Shown here piece by piece: positions 1 to 13,562 of a stretch of 64,000 nt of DNA. Numbering within the stretch: the first letter of the stretch is position 1; the number at the start of each line of letters is the position of its first letter. Under the pieces are notes generated by a model. That model made no database searches. It was not told where the DNA came from and saw only the letters and a program-made list of their open reading frames with translations. This DNA is from the human T2T-CHM13v2.0 reference genome, Homo sapiens. The stretch is from the NCBI RefSeq assembly GCF_009914755.1, contig NC_060928.1. The stretch is one strand, 5' to 3'. Both the position numbers and the translations under genes were made by a program.

Positions 1-2499
1 TGTTATTTCATTTCACATACATACACACACAAACACACCTTTGCACACACACTTGGCCATCTAAATACCAGAGATTTGGGGAAAGGTCAATATTTTTAAC
101 TGGGTGTGTTACCAGTCCAAATTCTATGCCTTTGGAAGAAGGAAGAACAGATAAGTAAATAGCAATGGATTCCACATGCATTTGTTCATCTTTTCAATGG
201 GGACAACAAGACTCCCATGGCAGGAAAATATCAAACACTGGGCATAACCCCTCCAGAATGTACGCTCCATGAGGGAAGGAATTCTTGTCTGTTTTATGAC
301 TGTTGTGTCACCAGCACCCAGAACAGTGTCTTTAATAACTATTTGCTGAATGGATGAAATTAGAGATAATAGTAAGCGTGCAGTGCATTGGCTGGCACAC
401 AGAGGGTCCAGGAGGTGATTGTTGTTACTGTCGTCACTGAGTCTGTCTGTGGTCAGTGTCATTGTCAAATGTCACTTTCAAAAGTCAATGTCATTGCCAG
501 AGATTGCTAGGTAATATAGAGCAACTAGCTACAGCAGAGGCAAGCTTTCTCAAGAGAGGTATTTACTAACGTGAGTTAAATGGAAAATCATGGATTGGTC
601 TAAGACAGGGTTTTCCTCAGTGTTGTCAACCTTACATTAAAAAAAAGTTATGTACCTTTTCCTGATCCAGCCAGCAAAACTTTCATTTTCTCAGAGAACC
701 AATGTTGCCTTAAGATGTCAGTTGTTAAAGAATCCTGACCTGGAGTTAAAGTATCTAGAAGTCAACAAGGTTCAGGAAGACATCGTGAGCTATCATCAAA
801 ATATGCAGCTGTATTTTTAAATGTTAGAACTGGACTAATATTTCAAGAGCATCTATTCCATTACTGAGACAAAAACAGTAAGAGCTGATTTGCCCAATTT
901 ATATTAGTAACTCTGGACACTCTCAGAAGGGACTCTAGCTCTTCCAAATATAGGCCAGAGCTTTTTCCTCTCCAAACATTGACCCTCTCCACAGCCCACT
1001 AGCACCCCCCAGTTTGTCCTGCTCAGCTGCTAGCCACCTCCCATGGCCAGATGTACTGAGTGGATGCCACCTTAGCTTCAGAACAGCCCCTTCTTTGAGA
1101 GCCCCACCACAATTATGACATTGTCTTCCCTGGCACTGGACACAGAGATGATCACGACAGGTTCCCATCCTCCACTCTGCTCTTTTCCTTTCTCTGTTTC
1201 TCTCTTTAGGGTCCAGCTCCCTTCATTGGTCCCTCTTCTTCATCTCTCATTCCCTCCTAAACCCAACCCTCTAAAAATGCTATTACTGCATCACCAGGGA
1301 CCTCAGAATTGTCAAATCCAATGGACACATATTTTTTCTGAACTTATCTTACGCTAGTGCTTCTGAAAAAAAATTTTTACCAGAATATTCCCAATATCAA
1401 GAGAGAAATATCATAAGCCTCAGGAAGTGTGGAGTTATGATCTGAAGCTAGAGCCACAGGCGTGAAATAATTTGGAAGTCTTATTTTGTCGTAAGAATTC
1501 ATGTCAGTTTTCCAGTCTACTCTTCTAGGAAACCAGAGTTTTTTTCTTCAAATTTCTTAATAAAATGGATACTCAAGGGATACACTTGTTTTAATCCCAT
1601 GGCTGCATGTCCCACCTGCTGCCTGTATTTGGTTTGAATATTATAACCCTAGCCAGGGTCTCTTGGGTATCCACAGCAGCAGTTTTATCCCCTAGGCTAG
1701 GTGGAAGCTAAATGAGACTGAAGGCAAGGGAGTGTGGCTTCTTTAAGCAGCATATACTCTTTCAGTTTCTTTCTTCTCACTTCCTCTCCTTGTTTTATGC
1801 TCCCTTGGAGAACAGAATGAGGCTAGGAAAGAAAGGGAGAAAGTATTCAGATGATCTGGCATTTGGGCTGGCGAATCTACTGCCTTGTTTAGTCATGGCA
1901 GCTGGGCTCCCATCCAAGGAGGATAAGAAGACCGCGGGGAGCAACCCTTGAACTTGGGGTGAAAGCTGCCAGGAAAGCTCTTTCACTGGAGATGGCATAC
2001 CATGGAGCTTTCGCTCAGCTGTGTGTGTCACTCAGGGAAATGACAGTCAGAGGCCTGTATTGTTGCACCCAGATCTCAGACCTTCTTTCCAGAGAGTGGG
2101 CCATCTCTACCCTCTGTTCATCACACCCCCTTCTCTGTATTCTAAATACTCTGCCTTGACCACAAGTTTTATTTAGAACCACAGATAACTTCCTTTTGGG
2201 ATATATCTCAGGCCATAATTTATACATGAGATTTTAACTAAAATTATTTTTGTAAACATTATCTTAGTTGGTTTTTAGAATTGAACTTACTGCATAGTTT
2301 TTCTTGTTAATACAAGCAACATCCAACTTTATATCCTCCATAACTAACAGTTCATGTCATATTTTCATATAATTTTTAAATGAAATGTAAAAATGGGTAG
2401 TATAGAGGGGGCCTTAACTCATCAGGATTTCTCCCAAAATATTTTCCTGTCAAAGAGAAAACAAAACAAAACACAGTGAGTAGATTAGAATTAAGTTCA

Positions 2500-2968
2500 G
2501 CTGGGAGAAACAGAAACAAAAACAAAACATTACTAGCATAATAAGACAGATGTTGATTTCTCTATGTGTAAAAGTCTGAAGGGGATGTGTTCTAGAGCTG
2601 TACGGCAGCTCTGCTCCACAAGGTGCTCTGGGATGCAACCTCCTTCCAGCTCACAGCTCCACTCACCAAGAGGTGGCTGTTATCTTCATGGACAAGGTAA
2701 AGGTATTAATAGTATCCAAATCCTAGGTAGCAGATGGAGACAAGGATGAAGACAGTGTAAAGGCTGAGCCAGCTGCCTCTTCAGGAAAATTCCTGGACAT
2801 TGTCATGGGACACTTTCATTTATATCCCACTGTGGGCTTTAATTACATGGCCATACCAATTGGATGGGAGGGTGGGAAATGTCATTTTGATTTGGGGCAG
2901 CCAAAACTTCCATTTCTTTAGAAGCAGATTATGACCATGGGGAGACAGCTAGCAAGCTCTGTCACCCA
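2500..2968 (-). mobile_element. Old MaLR LTR (MLT1I/J-like), approximate bounds
   Basis: acatggccataccaattggatgggagggtgggaaatgt and ggggagacagctagcaagctctgtcac resemble MLT1 segments. Confidence 0.6.
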
Positions 2969-2969
2969 C

Positions 2970-4330
2970 CCCACCAACTTAGTCAATCTTGGCAGTATTT
3001 CTCATTATTTTGTTCTTGTCCTTCCTCATGCTGATCCTTCTTTGTGGCTATGCCTTCTCAGGCTTCTCTGCAGTCTCTTTTTCTTCTATACCATCCTCAA
3101 TGTTAGTGTTTGCCACCATCTGGTCCTCAGGCACTCTTTTCTTCTCACTCTGTGAACACTCTCGCATGGCCACATAAATTCATGTCTTATACTACCCAAT
3201 TTTTACAAACCTACATCTTTGTCCAAGATATTATTTTCTTAAATCCTAGATTAATATATCCAATTTCCTAAAGGGCTTCACTGCTTGAATATACAATAAG
3301 CAACTCAAACTCAATACATCTGAAATTAAACTCGTCATCTTTCTCATTAAACTCTGTTATGCCATCAGTGTCTACACCCACATGGTCACTTAAACCACAA
3401 TTCTGGGATATGCCTGGAATCATCTCTCACACATGTTCAATGTCCATTTTTTTCCTTTCCTCTGCATCCTCCTTGCTTTTGCTTTGCTTTAGTTATAGCT
3501 AACATCTATTGAGCATTTGCATGTGCCAGCCCCTGATGCAAATATATTACATATTTTAACTCATTTAATCTGCAAACAACCCTACTATTATTATCTGCAT
3601 TTTACAGATGAGGAAATTAAGGAACAGATAAGTAACTTTCCCAACTGTCACACATCGAGTAAATGGTAAAACCAGAATTTGAACCCAGGAAGTCGACTCC
3701 AGTGCACTCTCTCTTAACTGCAATAACTTTCTGTTTTAGCCCCTCATTGTTTATTTACCTTATTATTATAGAAGCCTTTCAGTTTGTTTATCTTCTTCAA
3801 TCTCACCAACTCCTCCCCGAAATTCCATCTTTCATACGAATAACTACCAGAATAGCTTTTCTAAAACACAATCTGGTCAGTTACCTAAAAATCCATCGGT
3901 GCTTCACCATCACTTTCAGGTGAAAGTTTCACCTCCTTAATGTGGCACAAGGCCCTTCATGATCTGGCCCCAGCACACCTCTACAGTCCCTTCTGGAACT
4001 TCCTCACAGACATGGTCCCATCCAGCCACACTAGATCATTCCAAGTTTCTGAACAGATCTTACTCTCCACACCTATCTCCTTGCTTTTTGCACTCACTCA
4101 GAGGTCCTATGTCAAAAGTACACTGTTATGAGTGTTGCTCAAAGCTCCCCAAGGGCTGAATAGGTAACCCTCTGTACTTTATTTACTTTTCACATAGTAT
4201 GGTAAACGGAAGTTCAGTCTTCTCTCTCTCCCTTGGTGTCCTGTATAATTTCCTTGAAGGAAGAGTTGGTTCTTTGTATCTACAGTACCTACCAAAGTGT
4301 TTGGTGCATGATGATCATCGAGTAATTTTC
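2970..4330. mobile_element. L2 fragments with an embedded MIR (~3500-3720)
   Basis: L2-like caactcaaactcaatacatc and aaggcccttcatgatctggcccc. MIR core attttacagatgaggaaattaagg. Confidence 0.7.
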
Positions 4331-7172
4331 AAAAAGGGATGAACTAAGGAACACAACTGCTTCTTCCCTTTTATGGCATTTTCCTAAACAAAACCCGGGA
4401 CAAGGAGATCCCTTGAAAATCACTGACTTTACCCTTGTTTACTTACCTGCAGGAGAAATTCATCTTGGAGCAGGATCACAATACTATAAAGGCCACCTGG
4501 TTTGGTGTGGCACATGTTGGGGCTGCACGTGAGAGTATGGAAATAGAAAGAGTAGCATATGTTTATTCACATCAGTAAAGGGAACAAATTGAAACATAGG
4601 AGTCATGGTATCCAGATATAATATCAATATTTTGGGAAGTTATTTTTAATGAAGATAACTAAGGGGACTTAAAAGGGTGCATTTTTTTTCTCCTTTGCAT
4701 GGCGATTGCTTTTTGGGGATGCCAATGCAGAAATTCTTGGGTTGTAGAATTTTTAAAAAGAAGAGCACACTAGTTTTATTTATTTTACAGGATTCTGGTG
4801 CCTTTGTGACAGGCAACCACAAGTGAAATTACCTTCAATGGTCTTGGCTTAGTCCCTCCTCTGCTCCTAATCATCCCCTCAAACCCACATACATTAGACA
4901 GAGCGGTTGTCCTTCACCACTAAAGAAATGCAGCCGAGAGTTATGTTACCGTGGAAACAGAATCACTTTTTGCTGCAAGACACACTGCTTCATCTGCACT
5001 ATTATGAAGCAGAATACATTGGTAGGGCTGGGAGGGGAATAAAATATTCTGCCTGCCAGTGTTGTACTTGGCCTTTGGGGGAATAAATGACTTTCAATTA
5101 GAGTACTTAAATATCTTTTAACTTTAATAATTATTATTAGAGCCTCAACAGAATTTTACTTGGAAAAGAGTAAAAAAAAAAAAGATTCTTCTGTTAAAGT
5201 AAGAGCTATAAATTCTTTCAAACTACACCACTCCTGTTAAAGAAAATGCAAGAGAATTTACAATTAATGGGTTCATTGTGTATAAAGATAAGTGTTTTAG
5301 CTCTTCTTTGTTTTTTGACTTTCTAATTTGATCACCTTGTGGATTTGTGAGATTGTCCTTACCTCTTTCCTTTTTTGGTCTCTGCTTTTAGCTTCTTTGT
5401 AGTAAGCACACTTATTTACAGCTTCATCTTGTGTTGGGCTGTGTGTATGCAGGTCCACTGTTGTTGACTTGCTGCTGAGCGTCCAGCTAAGTCTGTGATC
5501 TAAGCCTGTCACCAGTCCCACTTCTGGGCCCTCCCAGCCAAAGCCACTAGTTCCCATTTGCTACCTGGTTCTGCTACTGGGAGGCTCCCTTCCCTAAATT
5601 CAGTCACGGTTCTATTTTGTTTTCTTTCCTCTACTTGATAGCTCTTACTGTTTGTGTTGTTATCAGTGTTGAAGAACAAATCCATATGACCTACACTAGT
5701 TGAAGGATGAACTCTATAGGATATCAGAAAAAAAACAAGAATCCTGTGTCCTTCAGCTCCAAAGATGCTCACAGTTATTGAGTTTTCTTATAGGCCCCCA
5801 GAAAGCACTACTAAAACAAACAAACAAAAATCTTAAAACACACACACACATGCACACAAACACACACACACTCACATGTGTGCACATTATCTCACATTAC
5901 CTCAGAGTCTAACTATAAGCATATAATCACAGGAAAATCCCACATCATGAAAAGGAAAAATATTTTATTGGCTGTAAATAAATTAGAAAAGAATGTGATA
6001 CTTTAAAAGTGTTAGTGTTTTAATTCTAGAGGTAGCAAAGCAACCTTAAGAGACAAATGACAATTCTTGAGCAACTAGTCAGTGGCGGGCACTTTTTATA
6101 TCTATCACCCCATTTCATTCTCAAATGAATCTCAATGGCTACTATTATTTTTATTTTGCAAATAAAATGAAGGCACTAAGACTCAAATAATTTATTTTAA
6201 AAAAAATCATTCTCCGATTGTATAATTCATCCATGTAACCAAAAACGACTAGTACCCTAAAAGCTACTAAAATTTTAAAAAGTCATTCTCAAATTCCCCA
6301 CACAAACCCTAAATTGTTTCTGATTTCAAGTTTAGTGTTCTTTCCAAGTGCATCACCTCATACAGTGCTCAGCAAAGCTCTGAATTGGGTGGCTGGGGAG
6401 GGGTATGTGCTAAAATCCAGGGAAAAAATAAGAATACAGCCTCTAATTCTGCCTTTCCACCTCTAGACAGGACTTCGGGAAAATCATTTATTTGTTTCAA
6501 ATTCAGATTTATTCATCCTGAATTAATATGGATAAATAACCTTTTATCTCTTCACGCAAGTAGGAAGTTAATGTGTGAAAAACATGTTGAAAATACTAAG
6601 GGCACTTTTATTTCTGTGGAAAGAATGACTTACTCCTGTTAACTATAATAGGTCCAGATTAATAGGTCCAGATCACTGTCAATCTATTCAGCCATCCCAA
6701 TTAATTCAGCCACCAAATCATTATTAGTCTCAAATCTGCAATGTTTTGAGAGCTGACCCTGTCACATATTGCTTGGATATCTGCCAAATAATTTCTATAG
6801 TGTTGGGTTGAGTAGTGGATGCCTAATACTTATCTTTAAGTAATGAAGTGTGGATCAAATCAAACTATCGTCCAATATCTAATTTAGTCACCAGTTATAG
6901 ACCCTATTTCATCATAATATCAAAAAGGATTCATTAAATGCCTGGATACAATTAGTCTAAGTTGCTTTACGAAGATACAGTCATAACCTTTGTTCATGGT
7001 ATTAAACTGATTTTTAAAATAATGATCTATTTTATTATCACATAGAAGGAAATATTTTATTTCTCTAAACTCCATTGCTTGCCTTTCAGAGAGCCTCAGG
7101 AAATATTAGTGGAGTAAATATTGAAAAATACTTACCCAGCACTTGAAATTTCACCTTCTGTGTCTCTTATAA

Positions 7173-7682
<510 letters not shown>

Positions 7683-8038
7683 ACACTGCAACTCTTAACC
7701 GCAATTCTGCACATCAACCTTGTGTGTAAAGTTGCCTTTGAGAAAACCAGCTTTCTTTTGCTGCCCATCTCTGATAACTTGTTCATCCTTTGTTTTATAA
7801 AAGAAAAAAAAGAAAAGACAGAAAAAGAGAAGGAGCAAAGAAGGAAAGCAGGGAGAGAAGGAAAAAGGAAAGAAAAGGAAAAAAAAATCACTCAATGTTT
7901 TCCACCCTCCCTGAATAACCTGGGGATAAAGTAGATCCCATCCAAGTTTTTGACACGAGTCGACATTGTTGAAAATAATCATGTGAAGTGCCAGCTTTGT
8001 CTGATGATGTCATTTTGCCTTTGTTTTGCATTTATCAG

Positions 8039-8186
8039 GAGAAGTATTCTTGCAGATTAAAGGGCCACTGGAAGATATTTATAAAATCTACTGCTATCAC
8101 CATGATGAAGCACATAGTATACTGGAGTCCTATGAAAAGGAAGAAGAGCTGAAGGAACATTTGAGCCACTGTATCCAGTCCTTAAA
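8039..8186 (+). CDS. ARHGEF38: ARHGEF38 coding exon (probable exon 4), DH domain
   Basis: Acceptor ttgcatttatcag|GA and donor TTAAA|gtaagg. 148 nt, phase 1 to 2. Translates (G)EVFLQIKGPLEDIYKIYCYHHDEAHSILESYEKEEELKEHLSHCIQSLK, a DH (RhoGEF) helix pattern of the DNMBP/Tuba family. Confidence 0.95.
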
Positions 8187-9342
8187 GTAAGGCCTTTTCA
8201 AATGATGATTCCCATCTCCTCTCAGTTGCCTAGCAGGGAACATTTTAAATGGATGTAGATGAAAGGTCTCACATAAATCCTATGTTTTATGAGACTTGCT
8301 GGGAGCTCTGCTTTGCATTCCCTTTATAAAAAGCTGACATGCCAGAAGCCCTGATTGACTTTTTTTCCCCCTGCGAGAATGACTAAAAATAACATGGGAG
8401 AAGATTTAGAGCTCTGCAGCGATTGAAAAATGCAATATCAAAATATAAAATGTGGAAGAAAAGCCTCTTCTTAAAGCTATTGTAACTTGCCTGGCCCCAC
8501 GTAGTTCAAGGATTATGTGAGATAACACGTGGCCCCAGGACCACTGGAGCACATGGGTTAATGGAGTTAGGGGAATGGCCTACAACTCTGCATGGCCGTC
8601 TTCTTTCCCCAAACTCACTGTGGGGAGATGGGTGAAGACAAGTCAGGCCTTGTTAAAGTTAGTTTCAGAACAATTACTCATGCCTTCCTTTCTCATCCCT
8701 AAAACATTGGTGGGGGTGCTACACAATGTACTTTTTCTTTTCTAGAGGAAGTATCTATTCACTGTGAAAATCTGAAAAATATAACAAAGTATGTGTAAGA
8801 TAAAAACCCCTTGCTATTTCACTATTAGCCCCTTTCTTCTTAATAATCATTTTCTTCTGATATTATTTATATGTATAAATGTGGGTATGTGTTTGGATTG
8901 ATTCTTTTAAATGGAATTGGTATCTTTCTGAATATGCAGTTTCCTATCACATGAAGCTTAAAGCCAAAATCACTACCATACTCCACATCTTACCCAGTGG
9001 CTCTCTTACAGACTCTCACTTGTAAGTAGTATCCACTGTCAAATAATTTTGATTAGACCAGGAATTAAACAACCACAGAGAGCTGTGGTGTATAAGTCAA
9101 TGTACACCCGTCTGATCCTGTAGCACACCTCCCCCGTTTACTCTGTGTGATAGGGGAAAGAGGGATCCCCAACGGGGATGGGGATGGGGATCCTAACGTG
9201 GTACAAGAGGTTTTTAGCTGCACTAAATTGGAATCATGATACTACTCTGGAGGAGGCGTTTCCCGGCTAGAATTGGGTCTGAAAGTGAGTTTAAAATGAG
9301 CCCAGTGAATTTTTTTTTTAAATAAATAAAATTTCAACTTTA

Positions 9343-9373
9343 TTGCCCTCTACTGGTCATTAAATTACTGCAG
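9343..9373 (-). promoter_or_regulatory. Candidate CTCF site with upstream (zinc finger 9-11) motif
   Basis: Minus strand reads CTGCAGTAATTTAA-TGACCAGTAGAGGGCAA: core CCAGTAGAGGGCA plus a TGCAG upstream module at the usual spacing. Motif only, no binding data. Confidence 0.65.
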
Positions 9374-11169
9374 TTTTAAACCATTCTTCATGCTATGGAA
9401 AAGAATTCAAGTCACCAAATCTTAAGCATTTATTTAGTGTTTGTGCTGTGTCAAGCGTAGTTCTGGGGGCTAAGTATACAAAAGTAAATAAGACTTAGAT
9501 TCTGCCCTAAGGAACTCAATATGATCAGTTAAGTCTTAAATATAAGATGTAATGAGCAAGTAGCTCTAGTTAATTATTTCTATTTTCAGTTTAGGTTCAG
9601 TGTTAGTATATCAATTCAGAGAAACATTCAAATTTGAAGTTGTGTTCATTTTAATAAATTCATATATTAGAAGCACAGTCCTCTAAATGTTCAGCTGTTT
9701 TATTCTTTGGGAAAAAAAAGGAAATGGTGTTATCCTGGGTTTGAATGAACACCTTTCCTACCTTAAACAAGTGGCAAGATCTGATCCAATAAAAGCTGGA
9801 GCCATTTTCCTTCTTCGGGTTCTAGAACTAAGCGTGAGAAATGTCACAGAAAGTGAACATTTAGCACCTTTGATCAAACCCCACCCAATGCCAGCCCTGG
9901 GGATGGAGGTCCTTGCCTGAAAAGAATGTGGTGCCTCTACTTTAGGCATGCGCTTCTAACTGTTCACCAGAAGTGGAGCAGTCTGTTCAGAGAGGAAAGA
10001 ACATCAGTTTACTATTCATTAAACTTTTAACTTTTAAGAGAAAGAAACAGACCCTGCCAGAAGATTCCACTAGGCAGTATAGCCCAGTATCATATCCCCA
10101 CAAAGCAGCTAAAGGCAGAGGTGATTTTAGAACCTCATGAATTCTCAGTTACTGAAAATTATTTTCAGACCCAATGGCTTATTTGGTCTTTTTCTGCAAG
10201 TTTCAGGTAATTCCCCTGGCCATGCCCCAAATTTTGAGTTTAGAGCTATTCTGATTTTAGGTAACAGTTGCAGGCACTGGAAGGTGTTAAGGTTTAGAAA
10301 GCAAAAAAGCCAAAAGAAGCAGTATTGGCACAACTATTTCTTAAGGGAAAGAAAATCAAATAAAATAGCTGAAGTTAGAGCTATTTTCCCAAAAGTTGCC
10401 TTTCCATGAAAATAAAGTTAATGATGGATTGTACTGGTCTGCCTGAAGGCTGAGGGCAGTAGAATTATTGACATTACTATAATACTGACCTCAATCGAGC
10501 TAACCTTTAAATTCTGAGAAACAGGTTTTCAAACAGGTTTATAGGCCAAAGAGAGTCTGGAACACCCTAAGGGCTTGGTTTTCCTGGCCAAGTAATCAGT
10601 CAAAGCTATTACTGTCACTCTGCCTTTTCCTTGTGGCTAGATAACACAGCCCAAGTGCAGTTGCCAATTTCTAATGAATACTAGGTGTGGCCTCCATTTT
10701 ATCCTGTGCAAGGGGATATTGGAAATCTTTGTTCGAAGCAATATCCACGAGAGAGGTGGCTTCATGCCTCAGAAGTTAAGGTGGATTTTAAAGCAATTTA
10801 GGCTGCTTTTTAACCAAAATTACAGTATGTTTATTGAGGGCCTAATAAATATTTAATAAGAGTGCTAAATAATGTTGAAAATATTTTTTAAAAATATATA
10901 AGCATAGTTCTTGCCTCTCAGGAACACAAACCCTAGTTGAGGAGATAAACAAAACCATGTGGAAAGTTTAATAACAATACAAGAATTAATTTAAATAACA
11001 CCAGAAGCTTTCACAGTGGCTGCAGTTCAAGACTAATTCCCAAAAGAGTAGTAGAGATATTACCTGGTTCTGTAAAAGACCCAAGTTTCTAACTTTCAAT
11101 TATTCTTTGAAGCCAATTATCTTTCAAAAGAGAGAATAATGTTGAATCCTTTCATAACGTGAGGGCAGT

Positions 11170-11350
11170 GTTTTTCTGTGTGGAGTTCCCTTGCGCCAGA
11201 TCCACCAGGATGGTGTATTAAAAGTACAGATTCCTATGCTCTGCCTCAGACCAAAAAAAAATACTATTTCTGGTGGTCCAGTTCAGGGTCTGCTCTTTTA
11301 ACAAGCCACCTCAGGTGATTTTCCATACACACTCAAGTTAAGAACTAAAT
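11170..11350. mobile_element. MER5A-like hAT-Charlie element
   Basis: tacagattcct...tttaacaagccacctcaggtgattt...cactcaagttaagaac. Similar relics lie near 26440-26630 and 29780-29900. Confidence 0.65.
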
Positions 11351-13544
11351 TAGTGGGAGAAATCATACTTGCTGCTTTCCCTGAAGCAGGTGGGTTTTTT
11401 CATCAATATAGATACAATCTAAGCAGTAACTACAGAGTTTGGAGACCTTCAAAAAGAAAAGATTCTAAGGCTCTCCAAAAGCAAATACACATCTGCATCT
11501 ATAGCCTACAAATTGGAAATTAACAAGTTTTTATTTATTCAACAAAAAGTTTTGACAGTCAAATTAGTGACCCCTAAGATTGTGTGAAATACTGTATTAA
11601 AATAGTCTCCAAAGTTATGGAAGTTATTTGCTAAAGATCTTATTACTTAGCCTTCTTGGGGTTATTTAAGGTTTCTGATCTGTATGAGGAATGTGAAAGA
11701 TAGCGTGGCTATAAATGCAAATGTAGCTATAATTAGAATAGCCTGTCTGTTGCCTCCTTTTTCTGCTTTTCCATTTATAAATACCACTAAAGTCCCTGCT
11801 GCATTTCAGAGGCCCCAGAGATCTGTTTATTTTGTAATAGAAAGAGAATGAAGGGGATTTTCTAAGTTTTTTGATGGATGGAAGACACATTTCTAGCTTC
11901 ATGTCTAGTTGTTATAAATGTATCTGTATTTTTCTTCTTGCTAATCAAGGCCATCATCCCCAGGAGGAAAACTTCTAACTTCTAGTCATCTGGGCACTTT
12001 GGCTGCTCACATTACTCCTGGAGCTTCTCCATTCAGGGAGGAAGCTAAAAGCTCATGCAATGCAAAATCCAAAGGAATACATTTCAATTTGTTCACCACA
12101 TTTTATACTCATTATTCTAATGGAGTGTTCCAAGTAAAAATTAAAATCACTTTTGGAAAGCCCTTCAGTTCCTTGTTATATGGCATCATGTTTGAACAAA
12201 GACTATAATCCTTAAGGAATAGTCACATAAAAACTTGTTAATTGTGAGTCAAAGTATAATGTGTTCATGAGGGTAGGAGGTATAGTGATAAATATATTAA
12301 ATTACTTTATCCCATAAAAGGGTAAATGGACACATTTTAAATTCTTCCTTCCTGAATTGCCCTTGGTTGGGATTAGCTTCTGCAAAGTTTCAGCCTAAAA
12401 GAGATTTTTTTAAAAATGATGAACAAATAAAAAGATGTTATAATATAGTGCCACTACTCCACAGATTGTTGTTTTATCCTACTGGAAAATCTCTCAGATT
12501 CCCTTTCATAAAGCGTTATACTACATAAACACAATGTTTAATTTATGTTATGATATTTAGGTTTTACTTGGCTAAAATAAATGAAATAGAAAAAAAAACC
12601 CCATGTTTTCTGTAGGAGTTAAAAGAATAACCTTCTCTTTCAACTTCAATGTATGTGTTTTGATTCCTAAATGATCACATTATTCACTTATTGGTTTGCA
12701 TGAAAAATTGCATTTTTATTTTTATTCATTTTCTTCCCCAGATTTTCTGACCTATGACGCACAAAGCATATCTGGCAAATAAAATTTCCCTTTAGAAGAG
12801 GAAAGAAGGAAGCATGTGAGCTTAAAGGAAATGATTGGAAGGAAATATTGGGCAGGAGGTGGTGGTGGTATTTCTTTCATTGCAATAGGAGAGTTCTTTA
12901 AACAGTCGTGAATAATTGCCTAAAATTATAGCAGCTGCTGATTTTTAAAAAATTATAATTCTGTGCTTGATTCCCATCTAATAGGTCTTAGACTAAGCAA
13001 AACCTAGTTATGTTAGGATGTCTAGCAATTCACTCATATAGCATGTCTGGAGATTGAGGAAACAATTGCTTCACACATGTCCCCCACCATTTTCCACATA
13101 TACAAAGTACTGAGATTAATGGAAAAAAACTTATTAAATCCATTAAATTTTACAAAATGCAGCTTAGGCACTTATTAAATTTTTCCTCAATCACTGAATG
13201 TAAAAAGACCATCTATTATTATGGAATGGATCTTAAAATTTTTTTATATTGAAAACATTTATTGTACTCCAAATGGTTGGAAACCAAAGCCCACAGTGAT
13301 CAGATAATAAACACAGGATATTATTTTATTTATCCATAGCCACTTGAGGCTTTTAGATAAAAACTTTCATCTTCTTTATTTGTTAGGGACATGATTATAA
13401 AATAATGAGACTATTTCTATAAGGCATTCATGAAAATTACTTATTTTATTTTACATAAGAAAATTTAAAAGGATTTATAATGTTTGTATATTACCTTAAA
13501 TATACAGATTTACATGAATTTACTTTCTTTTTCTTCTCTTACAG

Positions 13545-13562
13545 GAAAATATACATGCAAGA
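13545..13562 (+). CDS. ARHGEF38: ARHGEF38 18-nt microexon (probable exon 5)
   Basis: Long pyrimidine tract tttctttttcttctcttacag|GAAAATATACATGCAAGA|gtaagt. Phase 2 to 2. Joins the flanking exons as SLK-KIYMQE-GKPN. Confidence 0.9.

Noticed and set aside
124-468. 114-aa minus-strand ORF
   Set aside because: Overlaps an L2-tail-like relic and shows no homology or splice context that I can recognise.
6647-6674. 14-bp tandem duplication aataggtccagat(t/c), and a similar ~27-bp one at ~46797-46850
   Set aside because: Ordinary slippage duplications with only two copies and no spacer structure.
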